A stretch of 61,352 bases of DNA from a virus (Duplodnaviria; Caudoviricetes). Of this stretch, positions 55,993 to 61,352 are shown piece after piece (the first letter of the stretch is position 1; every line of letters starts with the position of its first letter). Below the pieces are notes generated by a model. The model had not been told where the DNA came from. It ran no database searches and saw only the letters and a program-made list of their open reading frames with translations. A program made the translations under genes and the position numbers. Location of the stretch: the IMG/VR virus record IMGVR_UViG_3300032087_000329, positions 1 to 61,352 of that record, one strand, 5' to 3'.

Positions 55993-57869
55993 CGTCTTCC
56001 GTCGTTTCTAATGTTTAATCTTGTAGCACCTACTCTCCATCCTACATCGTCATTACCTGTAGCACTTGCGTCATCGTCAGACTCAAACCTAATTACTGCT
56101 TGTCTGCCTCTTGCTCTTACGTCTGCTTTTTTAGTTGTACTACCAAAAGCAGATGTGCTTGATGTAGATAAACTGTCTCCTGGATAATCTCTGACTTTTA
56201 AAACAAGATTTATTTGACCAGCTTCACTATTGTTTAAAAATCTTACATCAGGAATAATGTCTGTAATAAAAGCAAACTGTTCACCATCGCCGATGTCGAA
56301 ATCACTACTTTCTATAAACACGTTAGTCATAGGACTACCATCATCATTATACCCAAACTCATGTTGATATAAATAGTTATTAGCAGTTGCTCTTGGATAA
56401 TTAACGATGCCTTGATCAAGCCATGCTGTTCTACTTAATTGACCATATGTCCAAACATTGTCTACATAATCATACATTACATATCTGTCTATTTCACTAG
56501 AACTATTAGAGCAATAATACCAGCCTACTTCGTCAAATTTATTATTACTAAAACCGAAAACTTTATAAATTTGTGATTCGTTAAAATCGTTAAATACATA
56601 GTTTAACACATTACAAGGTACTTTTGTGACACTTCCATTATATACATAAAAATTTTCTTGTCCCATCCAAAATACACCAACAGGACTATCTATTGCTGCT
56701 TTTGGACCAGCTAAACCAGAAGAATTGTTTATTAAATTAACACCGAATGTGTATGGTGGTCCAATAAATTGCATACTATACAGAGCTGTGTCTGTCCAGA
56801 TTAATGTTTCTTGTCTAGTGTTTATACCACCAACGATTAAACTTCCTTGGTCTAACCTTAAATCCCCAGCTGTGTTGGTTGTTAAAGGTTCAAAATCTAA
56901 TGCATTTTCTTGATCACTAAACGCCACTAACATAGGATCTATAGTACCAGACCTAGAACTTCCTACTATAGGATCAGCACCTAGAACTATAACATGCCTA
57001 TCTGTTTCTGATACTAAAACTTGTAAACCAACTGTTGGAACTAAATTTGCTCCAGTTTTATTAGCTAGTTCTAACGCTCTTGTTTGAGTGCCTGCAGCAT
57101 GCTCTGACGCATCCCAATAATAAATACCACCAGCTCTTGGGTTTATAATTAAATCCTCTCCAAAATTATCATGTGACCACAACCTTAACTGGTTTGTAAC
57201 ATCTAAAGCATTACTGCTTCCCCATCCACTTGCTCCCCATGTGTTTACTCCCCAACCTGTAGAACTTACATAAACATCTAAACCCACGTTTATTTGGTAC
57301 TTACCTATTACAGTTCCTTGACCATTACCTGAATCACTAGCGTTAGCAGTCACAGTTGCTCCTGAAGTGTTTTTAGCTGTTATAGTGTACACATTAGAGT
57401 TAGTCACTGATTGTATTTCGTACTCTTGATTTAGTACTGCAGCAGTTATGTTTCCTCCAAGTGAAACGCATCCACTAAATGTGACAAAATCACCTATTAC
57501 TGCACCATGTGCTGAGTCTGTAACAGTTAAAGTAGAACTGCCATTAGTGGCTGAAAAAGATATTTCATTGCTTCCAGTAGTTGAACGCAAAGGAGTTATA
57601 TCTGTGTACGTTATACCACCCTCTTCTACGTAATATTTATTAGTTGTTCCTAGTCCTAAGTATTTTGCTCCTGGAAGAGAAACCCAAGAGAATAATGCTC
57701 TGCACGTTCCTAAAAAAGTGTTCTCATTATCTTTACGCCATCCACCTATTTTTTGTGGTCTACCTTTGTTAAATCTAACTAAATTTACGTCAAACCATCC
57801 TCCCTCTGTGTCATATGAGGTTCCTTCTCTGTCTATTCCAGGTCTTAATACAAATTTACTTAAAGGCAT
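55989..57869 (-). CDS. Tail nozzle/head stabilisation protein
   Basis: Beta-propeller-like: VRF..G.PQKIGGW, DNFGEDL, LIWTD, FWMG; start 57869 preferred. Confidence 0.65.
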   Translation of the reverse strand: MPLSKFVLRPGIDREGTSYDTEGGWFDVNLVRFNKGRPQKIGGWRKDNENTFLGTCRALFSWVSLPGAKYLGLGTTNKYYVEEGGITYTDITPLRSTTGSNEISFSATNGSSTLTVTDSAHGAVIGDFVTFSGCVSLGGNITAAVLNQEYEIQSVTNSNVYTITAKNTSGATVTANASDSGNGQGTVIGKYQINVGLDVYVSSTGWGVNTWGASGWGSSNALDVTNQLRLWSHDNFGEDLIINPRAGGIYYWDASEHAAGTQTRALELANKTGANLVPTVGLQVLVSETDRHVIVLGADPIVGSSRSGTIDPMLVAFSDQENALDFEPLTTNTAGDLRLDQGSLIVGGINTRQETLIWTDTALYSMQFIGPPYTFGVNLINNSSGLAGPKAAIDSPVGVFWMGQENFYVYNGSVTKVPCNVLNYVFNDFNESQIYKVFGFSNNKFDEVGWYYCSNSSSEIDRYVMYDYVDNVWTYGQLSRTAWLDQGIVNYPRATANNYLYQHEFGYNDDGSPMTNVFIESSDFDIGDGEQFAFITDIIPDVRFLNNSEAGQINLVLKVRDYPGDSLSTSSTSAFGSTTKKADVRARGRQAVIRFESDDDASATGNDDVGWRVGATRLNIRNDGRR

Positions 57870-57870
57870 A

Positions 57871-58314
57871 TTAAACTTCGTGCCACTCCTTGCCCTCAAA
57901 TAATAGAGCTTCTGCTTCTCTTCTTCTGATTAAACCATCTAAAACTTTACCACCTGCTTTGTTCCAACGTTTTATTTGTGCAGGAACTTGATCATACTCT
58001 CCCTCATTTAAAACTTTTAAAAGTGTAGATTGTTTTAAATTGGATGGACCAAGATTAAATGTCCAAGAGACTAAAGCATCGAATTGGTTTTGTTGTAACG
58101 GTACATTAACTTCTTCCTTAACTGCTTCCTCAAACCTTTGTACATCTTCTAACAATAGTTCTTCTGCTGTGTCTTTAGATATAGTCATGCCCTCAACCAC
58201 ATTTTCTGTTGAACCGTACCCTATTGTCCAGACTCCTGCTGCACATTTATAACTGTGCAATTCACATCCTTCGAATGTTTTTATAAGTGACAATCCTTCT
58301 TGGGATATTTTCAT
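57871..58314 (-). CDS. Lysozyme/endolysin (GH24)
   Basis: LIKTFEGC.L..Y.C.AGVWTIGYG, QFDALVS..FNLG, GLIRRREAE; start 58314. Confidence 0.92.
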   Translation of the reverse strand: MKISQEGLSLIKTFEGCELHSYKCAAGVWTIGYGSTENVVEGMTISKDTAEELLLEDVQRFEEAVKEEVNVPLQQNQFDALVSWTFNLGPSNLKQSTLLKVLNEGEYDQVPAQIKRWNKAGGKVLDGLIRRREAEALLFEGKEWHEV

Positions 58315-58315
58315 A

Positions 58316-58795
58316 TTAATCTCCTTTTTCTGGGGTATGAGATGCTCCAAAATAGAACGAAATAATTGCACTTGCTAATCCTCCTAAATAACCTAACACT
58401 AAATTTATAAGTGCTTCGCTGTTTTGTTCTGGTGGTTGTAAAGTCACTAGAAAAATATAACCTAAAAACCCAGCTATAGTAAATAATCCTATGATACGAG
58501 CAGTCCAGTCTTTGCTGAACATGCCTCTCGCGTGTTGTTTGTCTGCTGTTTCTAACTTAAAAACATCGACATCGAGTTCTTTCATTTGCACTTCAAACTC
58601 TTGTTCAGCTTTTTTAAGTTCTAACATTTGCTCTGGTGTAGCACTTTGTAGAGCTTGTTGTATAGATTTTTGATTGTTAGATACGCCTAAAACTTCAGCT
58701 ATTTTACCCATAGCCATATTACCTAGTGGTCCACCCATTGCTGAACCTAGTGTTGGTGCTACAGCTCCAACTATGTTTTTTAATATTCCTTTCAT
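58316..58795 (-). CDS. Holin-like membrane protein
   Basis: N-terminal hydrophobic segment, two C-terminal TM helices ending ISFYFGAS; directly upstream of the lysozyme. Confidence 0.65.
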   Translation of the reverse strand: MKGILKNIVGAVAPTLGSAMGGPLGNMAMGKIAEVLGVSNNQKSIQQALQSATPEQMLELKKAEQEFEVQMKELDVDVFKLETADKQHARGMFSKDWTARIIGLFTIAGFLGYIFLVTLQPPEQNSEALINLVLGYLGGLASAIISFYFGASHTPEKGD

Positions 58796-58798
58796 ACG

Positions 58799-60559
58799 CT
58801 ACACCGTGTATATAGTTAATTTCAATTTTTTGCCTTTAACTTGTATAGGCTTTAATAATTTTAACCTAAAATTGCTCTTTTGTTTAGTTTTGCTTCCTAT
58901 AATTAAATTTTCACCTACTTCTTTTGTAGAACTTTCTAGTCTTGCAGCTGTGTTAACAGCATCACCTATAGCTGTGTAGTCAAATCTATTTTCACTTCCC
59001 ATGTTACCTATAACAGCTTCTCCTGAGTTTATACCTATACCTATGTCGACTTTAGGTAAACCCTCTTGAGATAATTCTTTGTTTAACTTTTCCATGTTGT
59101 TTTGTATGTCCATAGCACATTGTATAGCTTTGTCTTCATGGTTTTCTAAATCTAAAGGTGCATTAAATATAGCCATCATTGCATCACCGATATATTTATC
59201 CACCATACCATTATGTTTTTGTACTGCTGATTGCTGTGCAGTTAAGGCTTTGTTCATAATGTATGTAACTTTTTCAGGTTCAACGCTTTCACTTAACGAA
59301 GTGAATCCTCTCACATCTGTAAATAAAAATGTTGCGTATTTTCTTTCGCCACCTAGTTTTAATAATTCTGGGCTATCTTGTAAACGTTTTACTTGTCGTG
59401 GGTCTAAATAGTGTTCGAATTGTTTTTTAATTTGTTGTCTTAGTTTATATTGTTCTCTAAACCTGATATAGAATACAATAGTGGCAGTTATAAACTGTGA
59501 TATAAGTGTCCATGTGACATCTATTAAATAGCCATTCTGTATTAATCTGTATCCTGTAAAACTCGTGCAGACCATCAATAAAACAGCACTTATAATACCC
59601 CATGATACACCAAATCGATTTAATGCAGCCCATGTCAGAGCTACAAATGTGAAGAAAAGCACTATTTCTAACGCTAATGACCAATCTGGGACGTGTGGAC
59701 TGTTTTGTATTAATATACTTTCAGCGAGTGCTGCTTGTATTTTATGAGGCTCTAGTAAACCAACAGGAGTAGCTACTTGTGGCATTACACCGTTAGCTGT
59801 TACACCTACGAATACAAACTTACCGTTTACGTCCATTTCCTGTAAGTCTGTTTGTGGTGTGTCCACCCAACTAATCCATTTACGACCTAGACTATCAGTT
59901 TTAACTGGAGGTATACCACGTATAGCTATCTCTTGTATACCATTTTCGTTTGTAGTTATAATGTAAGTTTTTACGTTAAATAACGCTTTATATACTTGTG
60001 TACCGAAAGAAGCTAACCAACCGTCAGGAGACTTTAATAAGAGAGGAACTCTCCTTACAAGTTGGTCAACTTCAGTAGGAGCTGTAGCTATTCCTTGTAA
60101 TACGTTATCATAAGTGTAAAAATTTTCTTTGACGCCTTCAGTAAATATACCACCAATATCATCACCTTTTATAACTGTTCCTGTTGTTTTAGGGTAATTA
60201 CCATTTGGAGTTTCAAACATAGCTATTACACTAGGAGCATACTCTAAACTCGCAGCAAACCTAAAGTCGCCACCTAACCTATCAGCTTGAGGAAAACTTA
60301 TTACCCAACCTACACCTAAAGCACCTCGACCTAATAATTCAAGCTGGATATCTGCTAATCTTTCTCTAGGTAAAGGATAACCACCTTCACGTTCTACATC
60401 TTGTTCGGTGATATTAAGTATAACAAAATTACCACTAGGCTCAGGTGTTTGTATAAACGTGTCAAACGTTTTAAGTTTTATAATTTCTGTTGGTGTCGAT
60501 TGAAATATTAACGGTAATGCTAATAATATGGTTAAAGGTAATATATATAGTTTTTTCAT
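58799..60559 (-). CDS. CHASE2-domain class III adenylate cyclase
   Basis: N-terminal TM, CHASE2-like motifs (YPLPRE.LA, D.LVRRVPL), three TM helices, then FTDVRGFT, DKYIGDA, RFDYTAIGDAVNTAARLE (Lys/Asp pair consistent with ATP specificity). Confidence 0.9.
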   Translation of the reverse strand: MKKLYILPLTILLALPLIFQSTPTEIIKLKTFDTFIQTPEPSGNFVILNITEQDVEREGGYPLPRERLADIQLELLGRGALGVGWVISFPQADRLGGDFRFAASLEYAPSVIAMFETPNGNYPKTTGTVIKGDDIGGIFTEGVKENFYTYDNVLQGIATAPTEVDQLVRRVPLLLKSPDGWLASFGTQVYKALFNVKTYIITTNENGIQEIAIRGIPPVKTDSLGRKWISWVDTPQTDLQEMDVNGKFVFVGVTANGVMPQVATPVGLLEPHKIQAALAESILIQNSPHVPDWSLALEIVLFFTFVALTWAALNRFGVSWGIISAVLLMVCTSFTGYRLIQNGYLIDVTWTLISQFITATIVFYIRFREQYKLRQQIKKQFEHYLDPRQVKRLQDSPELLKLGGERKYATFLFTDVRGFTSLSESVEPEKVTYIMNKALTAQQSAVQKHNGMVDKYIGDAMMAIFNAPLDLENHEDKAIQCAMDIQNNMEKLNKELSQEGLPKVDIGIGINSGEAVIGNMGSENRFDYTAIGDAVNTAARLESSTKEVGENLIIGSKTKQKSNFRLKLLKPIQVKGKKLKLTIYTV

Positions 60560-61352
60560 CCGCTACTTTGTCTAATAGTAATAGTAGAATCACCACCACC
60601 ATTTACTTTAATTACATTAGAAACTCCGTCTTGTATCAAAATAACCGTATAACTCTCACTTGCATTTAAATCTACTTGTACCGATTCACTAACTGCTCTA
60701 CGTAAACTAACGGTTTGTCCTGTTACTATTGTTGTAATTTGTGTATTAGTGTCTTGTCCTATAAGAGTTCCTGATATATTGACACGCGTAGTTAAACCAA
60801 GTTGGTCTTCTTCATCGTCTACAGCTAAAGTATCAAGTATATCTAGTAGGTCTTCTAAAAAGTTTACGTCAAGATAATTTATATCAAGCTCTGTAAATTC
60901 TAAGTCTCCATTTTCTAAAAAATCTTCGTTTAAGTAATCAATATCTAAATCGTTAAAATCTAATAAATTAACTGTTTTAGTAGTTGCTGTTTCTTCTGAA
61001 GAAATTGTATTTTCTTTCGGAGGAGTTACTATTAGCATATTATCTATAATATCTAAAGATAAATCTAATATTACAGGCTTACTAGGTGCACTTTCGAACA
61101 CATCAACTGTTGTAGCTTGATACGGTTTATTAAGTAAAACACTACCTGTAGCTGTAACAACTTCTATTTCACCACTAGATAAACCAAAAGCATCTGGTAA
61201 TAATATTATAAGGCTACGACCTAGCTCATCTACAGTGGCTGTAAAGTCTGTTCCTCTTATGGCTATGTTTGCTGTAGGTGTTTTTAGTTGTATGTTTTGT
61301 TTGTCTATACGGTTTAAATTACCTGTTATAAACCTAGCTGTGCCCAAACCAA
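60556..61352 (-). CDS. FecR-domain protein, 5' end truncated
   Basis: GTARF.TG...TPTA.IAIRGTDF; acidic middle region; beta-rich C-terminus; frame open to the window edge. Confidence 0.75.
   Translation of the reverse strand, partial: GLGTARFITGNLNRIDKQNIQLKTPTANIAIRGTDFTATVDELGRSLIILLPDAFGLSSGEIEVVTATGSVLLNKPYQATTVDVFESAPSKPVILDLSLDIIDNMLIVTPPKENTISSEETATTKTVNLLDFNDLDIDYLNEDFLENGDLEFTELDINYLDVNFLEDLLDILDTLAVDDEEDQLGLTTRVNISGTLIGQDTNTQITTIVTGQTVSLRRAVSESVQVDLNASESYTVILIQDGVSNVIKVNGGGDSTITIRQSSG

Noticed and set aside
4127-59747. Numerous plus-strand ORFs antisense to long minus-strand genes (e.g. 11364-12050, 19536-20165, 45660-46075, 53648-54220)
   Set aside because: Shadow frames of well-supported genes with no recognisable motifs; the W/R- and H/Q-rich products mirror the Pro/Gly repeats

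Overview
AT-rich, gene-dense, near-complete genome of a tailed dsDNA phage, probably circularly permuted. Its gene content and order resemble marine podoviruses of the HTVC023P/vSAG 37-F6 type; this and the host are inferred, not shown. Most genes are on the minus strand. Modules: (1) a curli-type secretion cassette (CsgF, CsgG, curlin-repeat protein) at the left end, which seems to continue at the right end into FecR-domain protein, CHASE2-adenylate cyclase, holin and lysozyme; (2) four tandem 2OG-Fe(II) oxygenases and tail genes; (3) head genes, GroES, portal and terminases; (4) an early region with repeated TTTACT-N17-TATGAT promoters, short repeats and two highly structured non-coding segments; (5) a replication module (PolA, UvrD-like and SNF2 helicases, primase, SSB-like) containing a 5-hydroxymethyluracil hypermodification cluster with a glycosyltransferase and an FkbM methyltransferase; (6) ejection/internal virion proteins, plus an ADP-ribosyltransferase domain reachable only through an in-frame TGA. 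No tRNA, rRNA, integrase or cas operon was recognised. All calls are from reading motifs; no searches were run.
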